Shown piece after piece: positions 1 to 10,239 of a DNA stretch of 64,000 nucleotides (positions within the stretch are counted from its first letter, which is position 1; each line of letters starts with the position of its first letter). The notes under the pieces were generated by a model. That model did not search any database. It worked only from the letters and a program-made list of their open reading frames with translations, and had not been told where the DNA came from. The DNA comes from Candidatus Latescibacterota bacterium (GTDB lineage Bacteria > Latescibacterota > UBA2968 > GCA-2709665): contig OZ244744.1 in assembly GCA_965219455.1 (NCBI GenBank), positions 3,712,001-3,776,000 on the forward strand, read 5' to 3'. The position numbers were made by a program, and so were the translations under genes.

Positions 1-651
1 ACCGTCAGGCTGTGGAACACGACGACAAGAAAAGAGATAGCCACATTCTTCGGGCATACAAGGCAGGTCTCATCGGTTGCAGTTTCTCCTGACGGCACGA
101 TCCTCGCTTCGGGGTCTCTGGATGGCACGGTTCTGCTGTGGGATCTGACAAAATCCCAGCGGAGGCCCTACGAGTTGGTCAAAATTTCGGGCGACAAACA
201 GAAAGGACCGATGGGTTCGGAATTGGAGAATCCGTTTGTCGTTATAGTACGAGATCAATTTGGAGATCCGTTGTCTCGAGCACAGGTCAGGTTTACAGTT
301 ATCTCAGGAAGTGGCACCCTTGCTGTTGAGCACACGTTGACAGGATCGGAAGGCCGTGCAACGAGCAGGCTGACGGTAGGACGAGAACTGGGCGCGACCA
401 GCATTGAGGTAACCGTTGCAGGAACGCAACATTCCCTGACCTTTGTCGTAAGAGCGTTGCCTTCGCCCGACTTTGATGGTGACGGAAACGTCGGCTTTGC
501 TGACTTTTTGAATTTTGTCAGCGTGTTCGGCCTGAATTGGGGCACCGTTGGGTACGATGTACTGTTCGATCTGGACGAGGATGGGACCATCGGGTTTGGC
601 GATTTTCTGATCTTTGCCAACGCGTTTGGCAAAGAAGCTTCGTCCGGTTGA
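1..651 (+). CDS. WD40-repeat protein with Big-1 Ig-like domain and C-terminal dockerin/EF-hand-like tag (5' end outside window)
   Basis: Frame 1 is open from base 1: TVRLWN..FGHTRQVSSVAVSPDGTILASGSLDGTVLLWD (WD40), then KISGDKQ..PFVVIVRDQFGDP (Big-1-like), then PDFDGDGNVGFADF..DLDEDGTIGFGDF. Confidence 0.9.
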   Translation, partial: TVRLWNTTTRKEIATFFGHTRQVSSVAVSPDGTILASGSLDGTVLLWDLTKSQRRPYELVKISGDKQKGPMGSELENPFVVIVRDQFGDPLSRAQVRFTVISGSGTLAVEHTLTGSEGRATSRLTVGRELGATSIEVTVAGTQHSLTFVVRALPSPDFDGDGNVGFADFLNFVSVFGLNWGTVGYDVLFDLDEDGTIGFGDFLIFANAFGKEASSG

Positions 652-786
652 TCCGTGGATCGTACACCCAGCCGGAAAGATAAAGGGAACTGAAACTCGA
701 TCGACACCTTCGGACGCATCAGTAACCGACCAGATCCGACAGCTGTTATAACAACGAATGGCACCCTACCAAATCTCGAATCTAAA

Positions 787-2862
787 ATGAAAAAGCTCAG
801 CTTGTTTAACATCGCACTGTTATTTGCCTGTGTCGCGTTCGCGCAAGCCAGTTTTGCGCAGGACTATATTCGATGGAGTTTGCCCGATGGCGCAATCGCC
901 CGCTTGGGAAAAGGAAGCGTTGGTGGCGGTGACAGAGCGGTGTCGTATTCACCCGATGGCACGCGCCTTGCCGTGGGTAGTAGCGCCGGAATCTGGCTTT
1001 ACGACGCTCGTACAGGAACCGAAGACACCCTTTTTTCGGACCATGGGCATTGGATCAGTTCTCTTTCATATTCGCCCGACGGAACCTCGGTTGCTACGGA
1101 TGGCGATTATTCCGTGCTTACCTGGGACGTGGTGACAGGAGAAATTACCGCTGTATATGAAGGTCATGAGTATTGGGTCACTTCGGTGTCATATTCGCCG
1201 GATGGAACCAATATCGCATCCGGATCGGCTGATAACACGGCGCGAGTCTGGGACGTAGACACTGGAGAAAACACCGCCATCTTTGGTGGACACGCAGGTC
1301 GGATCACTTCGGTGGCATATTCGCCAAATGGAACCGCCATCGCAACGGGTTCTTGGGATGGAGTGGTGCGGACCTGGGATATAGAGACTGGAGTGAATGC
1401 CGCCACACTTGAAGGGCATCTGAGTAGGATCACTTCGGTAGCGTATTCACCTGATGGTACAACCGTCGCTGCGGGATCCAGGGAAGGAGCGGTACGTGTG
1501 TGGGACCTGAACACAAAGTCTATTTCAGCGACCTTTGGTTGGTTATCTCCCGTTACGACTGTGACGTATTCGCCTGATGGTACGAAGATCGCTTACGGGG
1601 TGGGGTACAGAGTGGCGATCTGGGACTCCGCGATTCGCGGATTTCTCGCCAGCCGGACATTGGGGTATACAGATGGGCACGTCCGTTCTTTAGCCTATTC
1701 ACCAGATGGGACTACCGTCGCTGCCGGGTCCGGGGACGGTACGGTGAGGATCTGGCACATAGCGACAGGAGCAAGAATCAGCATTCGCGGAGGACATTTT
1801 CCGTGGGTCACTACTCTGGCGTATTCGCCGGATGGTACCGCGCTGGCATCCGGGTATATTGATGGAAGGGTGCGTATCTGGGACGTTGTGACAGGAACAG
1901 ATCCCAGGACGCTTGGAGCCTATGTACGATCCGTCACATCTCTGGCATATTCGCCGGATGGGAGAAACTTCGCATGCGGATTGGCGGAGAATGGTACGGT
2001 GCAGATCTGGGATGCAGGCACAGGAGAAAATATCGCCATTCTCAAAGGTCACAAGGCCAGGGTCAGGGCGGTAGCGTATTCGCCGGAGGGGACCGTGTTG
2101 GCTTCCGGATCCAATGATGGTACGGTGCGTGTGTGGGACGTATCCAACAATTCAAATATCGGCGTACTTGAGGGTCATACGGGTAATGTCCATGCGGTGG
2201 CGTTTTCGCCGGACGGAACCGTCCTGGCTTCCGGGTCTGAGGATAAGACGGTACGATTGTGGGACGCAGCCAACAGAGTAACTGCCGGAATCCTTGAAGG
2301 GCATATCGGCGGAGTGAATTCCGTGACGTTTTCGCCGGAAGGGAGCTTGCTTGCTGTTGGGTGTAACGATAAGACGGTGCGTCTGTGGGACGTAGCCGCT
2401 GGCAGTATGTTGGCAGAGTTCGAAGGGCATGCGGGTGGCGTCGCTTCGGTGTCGTTTTCGCCCGATGCTAAGACTCTTGCTTCCGGATCTGGTGATAACA
2501 CGGTGCGTTTGTGGAACATAACCAATGGTGAGCTCATCGCTATTCTTGGAGGGCATACTTGGCATGTTACTTCGGTGACGTTTTCGCCCGATGGGAAAAC
2601 TTTTGCTTCCGGTTCAGCGGATGGCACGATACTGCTTTGGGATATGTCGCAGTACATCTCGCCTCCACCACCCAACCCCGATTTCAATGGCGATGGCGTG
2701 GTCGGATTTGGCGATTTCGTGCAGTTTGCTGCAACGTTCGGATTCAGTCAGGGCGATGCAGGATACGACACTCGGTTCGACCTGGACGGAGACGGCACGA
2801 TCGGCTTTGGAGATTTTTTGTTATTTGCCGATGCTTTCGGAAGCGAACCGTCATCAAATTGA
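787..2862 (+). CDS. secreted WD40-repeat protein with C-terminal dockerin/EF-hand-like tag
   Basis: Signal peptide MKKLSLFNIALLFACVAFAQASFA; about 14 GH..SPDG..WD repeats; Pro linker; paired DxNGDGxVxFxDF loops. Confidence 0.95.
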   Translation: MKKLSLFNIALLFACVAFAQASFAQDYIRWSLPDGAIARLGKGSVGGGDRAVSYSPDGTRLAVGSSAGIWLYDARTGTEDTLFSDHGHWISSLSYSPDGTSVATDGDYSVLTWDVVTGEITAVYEGHEYWVTSVSYSPDGTNIASGSADNTARVWDVDTGENTAIFGGHAGRITSVAYSPNGTAIATGSWDGVVRTWDIETGVNAATLEGHLSRITSVAYSPDGTTVAAGSREGAVRVWDLNTKSISATFGWLSPVTTVTYSPDGTKIAYGVGYRVAIWDSAIRGFLASRTLGYTDGHVRSLAYSPDGTTVAAGSGDGTVRIWHIATGARISIRGGHFPWVTTLAYSPDGTALASGYIDGRVRIWDVVTGTDPRTLGAYVRSVTSLAYSPDGRNFACGLAENGTVQIWDAGTGENIAILKGHKARVRAVAYSPEGTVLASGSNDGTVRVWDVSNNSNIGVLEGHTGNVHAVAFSPDGTVLASGSEDKTVRLWDAANRVTAGILEGHIGGVNSVTFSPEGSLLAVGCNDKTVRLWDVAAGSMLAEFEGHAGGVASVSFSPDAKTLASGSGDNTVRLWNITNGELIAILGGHTWHVTSVTFSPDGKTFASGSADGTILLWDMSQYISPPPPNPDFNGDGVVGFGDFVQFAATFGFSQGDAGYDTRFDLDGDGTIGFGDFLLFADAFGSEPSSN

Positions 2863-2941
2863 CTGCCTGTCATTACGGATATGTGTGCGCATGCTTGCGC
2901 TCGATTGCCCCAGGTTCCCTTTACCCAAACTCGATTCCCTC

Positions 2942-4888
2942 ATGAAAAAGCGCCGTTTTATAGATATGGGTTTGTGTGTGGCCTGCGTTTTATTCGTGCA
3001 GGACAGCGTTGCGCAGGACTATATTCGATGGAGTTTGCCCGATGGCGCAATCGCTCGCCTGGGAAAAGGAGCCAACGCTCCTGGCGAGCGGTCAGTCGTG
3101 TTTTCACCCGATGGAACACGTTTAGCTGTGGGCAGCAGTGCCGGTATCTGGCTTTATAATGCCCGCACAGGTACCGAAACTGCCCTGTTCCGCGGGGGTG
3201 GCTGGGTCATTTCGGTATCGTTTTCGCCGGATGGCGCCACCCTGGCTTCCAGTTACTCTGATGGGACGGTCCGTTTGTGGGATGTATCCGCTGAGACGAC
3301 CACCACCATTCTGCGCGGACATACGGGAACAGTTTATTCGGTGTCGTTTTCGCCTGACGGAACCACACTCGCCACCGGATCCCGGGATAAGACCGTGAGA
3401 CTGTGGGACGTGTCCACGGGTGCAAACATCGCCATCTTCCAGGGCCACGCGGACGAGGTCCTTTCGGTGTCATTCTCGCCGGATGGGTCCGCAATTGCTT
3501 CCGGTTCCATAGACAGGACGGTGCGTTTGTGGGATGTGTCCACGGGAGAAAACACCGCCATTCTCCTGGGGCACACGAGTCGGGTCCATTCGGTTTCGTT
3601 TTCCCCGGACGGGACCACGCTCGCCACCGGGTCTCGTGACAGGTCAGTGCGTTTGTGGGACGTAGCTGCGGGAACAAACACCGCCACACTTCGGGGGCAC
3701 AGGGGATATGTCCTTTCGGTGTCGTTTTCGCCGGACGGGGGCACTGTCGCTTCCGGCGCCCTGGATGGCAGCGTGGTTTTGTGGGACGTAGCCTTGGAAA
3801 CAGACACCGCACGTCTTTGGGGGCACAGGGGATATGTCCTTTCGGTGTCGTTTTCGCCGGATGGAGGGGTTGTCGCTTCCGGCGCCACGGATGGCACGGT
3901 GCGTCTGTGGGACGTCGACACGGGAACCGCAAATTCGATATTGCAAGGGCACAGCCGTGGAGTCCTTGCCGTGTCGCTTTCTCAAGACGGGAAGACTCTG
4001 GCTTCCGGAGCGTGGGACAGCAATGTACGCCTATGGGACGTAACCACGGGTGATGTGACCGCCATTCTTGAAGGGCATAAACACGAAGTATCTTGTGTGT
4101 TGTTTTCGCCGGACGGGAAGACCCTGGCTTCCGGCGCCTTCGACGGTACCGTAAGATTGTGGGACGTATCCACGGGCGCCACCACAGCCATACTGGAAGG
4201 ACATATCGCGTATATCAGATCGGCGTCGTTTTCGCCGGACGGGAAGACCCTGGCTTCCGGATCCTATGACAGTTCGGTGCGTTTGTGGGATGTCTCCACT
4301 GGCGAAACGACGGCCATCCTTGAAGTGCAGGGAGAGGTTGTCACCGCAGTATCGTTTTCGCCGGACGGGACTGCTATTGCGTCTGGCTCCGGGATTGGCA
4401 CGGTGCGTTCATGGGACGTGGCCACGGGAGCCAGGATCGCTACAATCGAAAGTCAACGCGGCTCAATCTCTTCCCTTGCTTTTGTCGGGGACGAAAACAT
4501 CCTCGCTGCCGGGTCAGGTGACGGGACGTTACGGCTGTTTGACCTCGCCAATGGAGCAATGATCGCCAACCTTGACGGGCACACGTCGGGGGTCACTTCG
4601 GTGTCATACTCGCCAGAGTTGTCGGTTCTCGCTTCCGGATCCGGAGATGGCACGATTCTGCTGTGGGATACGTTGCCCTATACCGCTCCTCAAACCGCTG
4701 GTCCCGATTTTGACGGAAATGGAACCGTTGATTTTGCCGATTTTGTGGCGTTTGCCGCCGCATTTGGGCTAAGTCATGGCGATTCGGGATTCGATCCGCT
4801 ATACGATCTGGACGAGGATGGGACCATCGGGTTTGGCGATTTTCTGATCTTTGCCAACGCGTTTGGCAAAGAAGCGACATCAACTTGA
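2942..4888 (+). CDS. secreted WD40-repeat protein with C-terminal dockerin/EF-hand-like tag
   Basis: Start moved to ATG 2942 (MKKRRF..AQDYIRWSLPDG) by homology to the 787 gene; regular 42-aa WD40 repeats; paired calcium-loop tag. Confidence 0.93.
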   Translation: MKKRRFIDMGLCVACVLFVQDSVAQDYIRWSLPDGAIARLGKGANAPGERSVVFSPDGTRLAVGSSAGIWLYNARTGTETALFRGGGWVISVSFSPDGATLASSYSDGTVRLWDVSAETTTTILRGHTGTVYSVSFSPDGTTLATGSRDKTVRLWDVSTGANIAIFQGHADEVLSVSFSPDGSAIASGSIDRTVRLWDVSTGENTAILLGHTSRVHSVSFSPDGTTLATGSRDRSVRLWDVAAGTNTATLRGHRGYVLSVSFSPDGGTVASGALDGSVVLWDVALETDTARLWGHRGYVLSVSFSPDGGVVASGATDGTVRLWDVDTGTANSILQGHSRGVLAVSLSQDGKTLASGAWDSNVRLWDVTTGDVTAILEGHKHEVSCVLFSPDGKTLASGAFDGTVRLWDVSTGATTAILEGHIAYIRSASFSPDGKTLASGSYDSSVRLWDVSTGETTAILEVQGEVVTAVSFSPDGTAIASGSGIGTVRSWDVATGARIATIESQRGSISSLAFVGDENILAAGSGDGTLRLFDLANGAMIANLDGHTSGVTSVSYSPELSVLASGSGDGTILLWDTLPYTAPQTAGPDFDGNGTVDFADFVAFAAAFGLSHGDSGFDPLYDLDEDGTIGFGDFLIFANAFGKEATST

Positions 4889-4971
4889 CATGCCTCCTCG
4901 ATTCGGGTTTCCACAAACACGGCGCGTCCAGAATGGGGGCCGCGATCGATGACAGCGGCGACCCTGCCGGA

Positions 4972-6273
4972 TTAAGGACCGCCCTTGCGCGTTACCGTCA
5001 CTTCGTAGGTGCCCGTTGTGACCCCGTCCTCAGCCGTCACGCGGATTGCCAACCTGTTCCTGCCGGCCTGCAGCCCGTCGAATGTCACCGACCTGCGCGT
5101 CGTGCCATCCATCGTGAGGCTCATCCCGGTGTTTCCAACCAATAGTGGTGTCCCGTCCGGGGCAGTACCGCTTTGTTTGTGTGTCATGCTGGATGGATTG
5201 GAAATGGTGATTGTAACCGTTGCGGCAGTCGCTGCGACAGTTGCCTGGTACGAGCTCGTGTTTCGGTCAAAGGCCGGGCGCATTATGGACTTTTCCGCCG
5301 TCACCCCGAAAAAGCCGGCCTTACCCTCCGCCAGCGCCAGGCCCGTGAGTTTGGTGTCTCGGCTCGGCGCAATTCGGGTCAGTGTGACGTTGTATCGCTC
5401 CGTCGCCTTTCCATCTTCGGCAGTGGCCGCAATCTCCAGGGTATTCCGACCCACGGTAAGGCCGGAGACGTTCATCCTGTCCACCACCAGGGAGGATCCG
5501 TCCGCCGCAGTTCCCCGTAGCCGGACCATCGTCGCCGGTTCTTTCCTCCTGACGGTTACCTCGAAACCGGTTGTCGCGTACGGGACGGCTGCCTGGTAGG
5601 TCTTCGTATTCGGCTCAAACGTCGGTGTGAGGTCGCTCTTCGAGAGCGCCAGCGCAGTCAGCGCGGCGTCGCTTCCAGGCGTTGTTGCTCGTGTGACCGA
5701 AACGTCGTAGGTCACGGTAGTCTTCGCTTTCCTCCGTCCCTGCTCCACCTCAAACTGAATCGCGTTTCCGCCCGGTCCAAGTCCGCCGAAGGACAGGATG
5801 GTCCACCGCTTTGAACGCCTCATGCCGGACCAGGCATTGTGTTCAAGCTTCTTGCCGTCCGACGTCTTACGCCGTTTCACCTTGACTTTCGACCGACTCT
5901 GGTAATAAAGGACCAACGTGACGCCCGTGGCGCTGTATGGGGCGGAGACGGTATAGGACGTTGTCCCGTCAACGCGACCCGTGGGCAGTACCGGCAGGTC
6001 CAACGGCAGCGACTTCGGCTTCTCAGAGAGAAAACCGAGATGCGCCCCAACGGAATCCACAACCTCGGCCGCAACCGGCCGCGCCAGCCCGAAAAGCGAT
6101 GCGGCAGAAATCAGCAAAGGCACGAACAGGGAGCTAAGGAGCCGGTCCCATTTCAAGGCGCTTCCGCGTGACGTCGCGCTATCTGTTGATTCAGCGCCTT
6201 TGGTCGACTCGCCTTGCGCGTCCTTGGCTTGGAAAATGGACGAAGCCTGGTCTTCTCGTAATTGGAATGACAT
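4972..6273 (-). CDS. cadherin-like beta-sandwich repeat protein (surface/adhesin-like)
   Basis: SD GAAAGGAG 7 nt before ATG; hydrophobic segment near the N-terminus; repeated SDAALTALALS..PTFEPNTKTY..VTAEDG..TY.VTVTR pattern. Confidence 0.8.
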   Translation of the reverse strand: MSFQLREDQASSIFQAKDAQGESTKGAESTDSATSRGSALKWDRLLSSLFVPLLISAASLFGLARPVAAEVVDSVGAHLGFLSEKPKSLPLDLPVLPTGRVDGTTSYTVSAPYSATGVTLVLYYQSRSKVKVKRRKTSDGKKLEHNAWSGMRRSKRWTILSFGGLGPGGNAIQFEVEQGRRKAKTTVTYDVSVTRATTPGSDAALTALALSKSDLTPTFEPNTKTYQAAVPYATTGFEVTVRRKEPATMVRLRGTAADGSSLVVDRMNVSGLTVGRNTLEIAATAEDGKATERYNVTLTRIAPSRDTKLTGLALAEGKAGFFGVTAEKSIMRPAFDRNTSSYQATVAATAATVTITISNPSSMTHKQSGTAPDGTPLLVGNTGMSLTMDGTTRRSVTFDGLQAGRNRLAIRVTAEDGVTTGTYEVTVTRKGGP

Positions 6274-6534
6274 CGCTCTGCTCCTTTCGGAATGGGAATG
6301 CGCTCACGAATCTGCATATGCTGAGGCGCGGGATCGGTCAATCATGCGGGTTTTGTTATAGTGCCATACGTTCTCTGGTGAAATTACCCTGGAATAGTCT
6401 CTCCCGATTTTGTTTAATATATAAACTGGATGGAAAAAGGGAAATCGATATCGTCCTGATTCAGGATGAGCATCGTCTTTACGGAAACAAGACACTTTAT
6501 CGGCAATAATTGATACATCACGATGGAGACAACA

Positions 6535-8271
6535 ATGGTTACAGGCAACGGACGGGTGCAGCGGGAGCGGCGTACCACTTCCGGCAACGGGGCATTGCTG
6601 GTGGTTATCGACAGCGGCGGGCCGTACTGGGAGCGGATGATTGTGGACGAGACGGTTCTGTTGGCGCTGGCGCATTTCGGGATGCCCTATCGGTTGCTGG
6701 ATCTGGCCCAGGAACGGCCGACGCCGGAAGCCTTGAGCCAGTGCGCGGGCATCATCATTGCGCAGAACGGACTGGGCGCGTGTCTGAGCGAAGCGGAGAC
6801 AGCGTTGGTTGCCGACGCGGTTCGCAACGGCGCCGGGCTGGTCAATTTCGATTACGATCTGAGGGCATATAAGGGACCCCTGCTGGAGATTTTCGGGTTC
6901 GACCGGATCAACCCGCATCCGTACGCCACCGATACGGTGCGAATTGCAGATGGGGAGCACTATATCACGCAACTGCAATCCCCTGGTGAATTACACACGT
7001 TCGACCGGATGGTGACGGCAATTGCCGCCGAAAAGTGGGGCGATTCGGTTATGACGCTGGCCGACGGGATACTGGGAAAAGAGCAGTTGATCTATATCCG
7101 GCACCTGGCGCCGTGGAGCGCGTTCGAACCGCGCAACTATCCCCTGGTGTTTGCAACGGAATGGGGAGCGGGTCGGGCGGTACAGTTCACGTTGAATTCC
7201 CGGGTATGGCGGAACGCGTTTTTCGGCCACGCCCGCGGGATGGACGACCTGTTCTGGCGGTCTATCGTATGGACGGCCCGCAAGCCGTTCGCCGCCAATA
7301 TGATTCCGCCGTTTGTGACCATGTCCTGGGACGACTGCGAAGGGCGTCACGATTTCACGTACGCCGAAATCGCGAGTCGCTATGGGTACAAACCGATGCC
7401 CTCCCTGTTTATCAGGAACGTGCCGGAACGACTGTTTCCCAAAATCAGGGCCGGAATCCAGAGCGGAGAAATTCACTACAACAGCCACGCGCTGGACTAC
7501 TATCAACTGCTGATTTACAATTTCGGGAAGGGCGAGTGCTCGCAGGAGGAACTGGAGTCGAACTTCGCCTTTGTGGACGCATTCTGGAAGCGTGTAGGGG
7601 TCTATCCGGGTGCGACGCTGCGATTCCACTGGGGGGAGTACGGGGTGAGGGCGCTGCCCTATCTGAAGGCGCGAGGCCACCGGTTTTTCTGCCCGGCCCT
7701 GCAGACGGGGCTGCACAAGGCCGATATGTGCATGCAGGACGGTTTCTGGCCGTACGGATTGCAGACGTGCTACTACGATTATCTGCCGGACGATCACGAC
7801 TTTTTCGCGTTTGCGGCCATGCTGGCCCGTCACCAGGAGGATTTTCTGACGGGATGCACCCCCTATTTGCGCGAGAATGAAAGGACCGACGTCGAAAAGG
7901 CGGCGGGAAACGCCGCCCGGCAGATTCGCCACGGGTTGCGTGCCGGATTCTACGCGGAGATCGTGACGCACGAGCAGAAATTCGACGCCGTTACCATGGA
8001 CCAATGGGACCGGATTCTGAGTCGAACCGATGCGTTGACGGACGGGTTTGAGAAGGTCTATGCGAGCCACGACGAGATCGGCCATTATCTGCAGGGAAAA
8101 GACGGCGTATGGCTGGAGGAAGTCTCGGTGGGAGGGAGCGCGCTACGGAGAACGCTGGCAGGCAGGACGTCTGCGCAGCTGCGCCTTTCCGTATTTCGTA
8201 ACGTGGGCGATTCAGTCGAACGCGAATACCAGGAAGTTGACGCGTTCGAGGGACGAGCGGAGGTCGGGTGA
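6535..8271 (+). CDS. hypothetical protein with a NodB/polysaccharide-deacetylase-like C-terminal barrel
   Basis: Long ORF; GGAG before ATG 6535 (alternative start 6523); FVTMSWDD and HYNSHA resemble CE4-type metal motifs; function uncertain. Confidence 0.55.
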   Translation: MVTGNGRVQRERRTTSGNGALLVVIDSGGPYWERMIVDETVLLALAHFGMPYRLLDLAQERPTPEALSQCAGIIIAQNGLGACLSEAETALVADAVRNGAGLVNFDYDLRAYKGPLLEIFGFDRINPHPYATDTVRIADGEHYITQLQSPGELHTFDRMVTAIAAEKWGDSVMTLADGILGKEQLIYIRHLAPWSAFEPRNYPLVFATEWGAGRAVQFTLNSRVWRNAFFGHARGMDDLFWRSIVWTARKPFAANMIPPFVTMSWDDCEGRHDFTYAEIASRYGYKPMPSLFIRNVPERLFPKIRAGIQSGEIHYNSHALDYYQLLIYNFGKGECSQEELESNFAFVDAFWKRVGVYPGATLRFHWGEYGVRALPYLKARGHRFFCPALQTGLHKADMCMQDGFWPYGLQTCYYDYLPDDHDFFAFAAMLARHQEDFLTGCTPYLRENERTDVEKAAGNAARQIRHGLRAGFYAEIVTHEQKFDAVTMDQWDRILSRTDALTDGFEKVYASHDEIGHYLQGKDGVWLEEVSVGGSALRRTLAGRTSAQLRLSVFRNVGDSVEREYQEVDAFEGRAEVG

Positions 8272-8311
8272 TTTTCGCGTAAGCCATCCATAGACAAGGA
8301 GTCGGAGAGCC

Positions 8312-9232
8312 GTGACAGAGATTTTCTTCAACGTTCAGATCGATTGCGAATCCACGCAACGCACGATTAACGACCCCGCGCTGGGCGAGCGGTCGATTCG
8401 GGGACTGGGAGATATCTTTTCAGAGACTGGCGTGAGGGGGACGTTTGTGGTAATCCCCTCGGACATGAGGGTGCACGCCGTGGCGTACCGCGAACTCGAA
8501 GCTCAAGGCCACGAGGTGGGCTTGCATGTCCATCCGGCGGAACAGGGGTACGAAGAGTTCCTGGGCGTGTACGGATTCGAGGAACAGGTGGCAATTCTGA
8601 AGGAAGGCGTGGATCTGTTCGCCGATGCCATGGGACGGCCGCCGGCCGTATTCACGCCCGGTTATTTCTCTGCCAACGACCATACGTTTCCCGCGCTGGA
8701 GGCACTGGGTTTCACGCACGGCACCGTGTCGATGCCAACACGGAACCTGCCGCAATGCGCTTGCGTGTGGGGCGGTTCGCCGCTGGATATCCACTACCCG
8801 CACCGGTATAATCGGTCCCTGGCGGGAGACGTGGATTTCGTGGATATACCGCCCACGGTGGACGTCGAGTCGCGGATGTGGGGCGGGGCGCACCCTCAGG
8901 ACCTGCGCATTGAATTGGTGGACGCGAAGAATCACTGGTATACCATTCACAAAAATGTCAAACGGCAGGTTGAGGCGGGAAGTGAGGTTCCGGTGAAGTA
9001 TCTGAAAGCACTGACGCACAATATTTTCGATTACAGCGATACGCGAGATTTTCGGCGGGAGACAATGCTGGGGGTGGTTTCGTCCGTGCGGGAAATCTGT
9101 GAACGGCAGGGCTGCGCATTCGTTCCCGCAACGGCAGCGGAGATCGCCAGGACCTACCGGACCCGGGTGTCTTTGCCCGAACGCGGAAACCGGCTGCATC
9201 TGGACGTCAGCGGACGCGCGGCCTGGACGTGA
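8312..9232 (+). CDS. polysaccharide deacetylase (CE4/NodB-like) family protein
   Basis: FNVQIDCES, GTFVV, GHEVGLHVH and FTPGYF motifs; GTG start with GGAG. Confidence 0.75.
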   Translation: MTEIFFNVQIDCESTQRTINDPALGERSIRGLGDIFSETGVRGTFVVIPSDMRVHAVAYRELEAQGHEVGLHVHPAEQGYEEFLGVYGFEEQVAILKEGVDLFADAMGRPPAVFTPGYFSANDHTFPALEALGFTHGTVSMPTRNLPQCACVWGGSPLDIHYPHRYNRSLAGDVDFVDIPPTVDVESRMWGGAHPQDLRIELVDAKNHWYTIHKNVKRQVEAGSEVPVKYLKALTHNIFDYSDTRDFRRETMLGVVSSVREICERQGCAFVPATAAEIARTYRTRVSLPERGNRLHLDVSGRAAWT

Positions 9233-9307
9233 GCGCGCGGCCCGGCAGGGCGCCGCCTGTACACCTTCACCTGGGGATACCCGGCGACAGGTACATTAGG
9301 ACACGGG

Positions 9308-9340
9308 AAAGGCCGCCCACAACCAACGGGCGGCCGTTTT
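9308..9340. terminator. probable bidirectional intrinsic terminator
   Basis: AAA-GGCCGCCC-loop-GGGCGGCC-GTTTT between convergent genes. Confidence 0.65.
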
Positions 9341-10235
9341 AATTGCGGAGGGAGTCGTTGGGCACCAGGGTTGCGGCGTTCTTGTAATAGATCTTTTCAA
9401 GGACGTCTTCCGGCAGGTCCAGAGCGGGCAGGAATTCCTGGAGGTCGTTGCCCTTGCCGTCGCGGCCGTAAAGCAAACGATCGGCCCGATGAATGAGGAA
9501 GTCGCGGGCGTGCTCCGGGTCGCGGCGAAGGGCGTTCAGGCCGGATCCGGAGGAAAGGTCCGCGTAGAGGTTGGGATAGTTGTCAAACAGAACATGGAGT
9601 TCGCCGCCGGGGGCTACCGGGCCCGGCGGATAGGATTCCGTCGAGGTCGCAGCGTCGCCGCTGATGTATCGCCAGAAGCCGGGGGCGTGGCCGATAAAGA
9701 CGGTGTCGTGACACGCCTCCAGCGCGCGTTCCAGGTTCCGGATGTCGCCTCCGTACCATCTTTCCTGATACGTTGGGACGCCCTTTTTGTCCGGCAGGTA
9801 AGGCACATCCATGTGGAGCACTACGGGAGCGCCGAGTTCACCGGCGCGACGGAACAGTTGGATGCTGCGAGGGTCGTCGAGCAGGAGGCGATAGCTCCAT
9901 TCGCCGCAGACCCTAACGCCATGCATCCGCCAGGCGGTTTCAAACAGATCGGCGGCCTGGCCCTCGTAGGGACAGGGGCAGTAACCGGCGAGGAAACGGC
10001 CGGGATACCTGTCGCGCGCCGCGAGAATATGATCGAGAGTCGCGCCGGCGTGGGTGCCGTCCGGTCTGTAGTTGAGCGGGCTGAATCCGCCGCCGAAACG
10101 CTGTGCTTCCGGTCCTGGCGGAAGGTACCAGGTGAGCAGCCACGTGACGTCGATGCCATAGGCGTCCATCTCGGCGACGAGACCCGCGGCATCCATCCAC
10201 GTGTAGTTGACGTGCATGTGAGCGTCGATGCGAAT
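9339..10235 (-). CDS. amidohydrolase_2 family protein (probable ATT start)
   Basis: RIDAHMH metal motif begins upstream of the first ATG; PVVLH, FIGHAP, LYADLS and LLYGRD motifs. Confidence 0.85.
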   Translation of the reverse strand: MRIDAHMHVNYTWMDAAGLVAEMDAYGIDVTWLLTWYLPPGPEAQRFGGGFSPLNYRPDGTHAGATLDHILAARDRYPGRFLAGYCPCPYEGQAADLFETAWRMHGVRVCGEWSYRLLLDDPRSIQLFRRAGELGAPVVLHMDVPYLPDKKGVPTYQERWYGGDIRNLERALEACHDTVFIGHAPGFWRYISGDAATSTESYPPGPVAPGGELHVLFDNYPNLYADLSSGSGLNALRRDPEHARDFLIHRADRLLYGRDGKGNDLQEFLPALDLPEDVLEKIYYKNAATLVPNDSLRN

Positions 10236-10239
10236 TGGC

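Noticed and set aside
2591-2941. N-terminal extension of the 765-aa ORF overlapping the previous gene
   Set aside because: It is an off-frame read of the preceding WD40 gene; homology and the signal peptide place the start at 2942.
567-4875. Possible diversity-generating retroelement TR/VR pair at gene 3' ends
   Set aside because: The copies are identical with no adenine-specific differences, both lie in coding sequence, and no reverse transcriptase is in the window.
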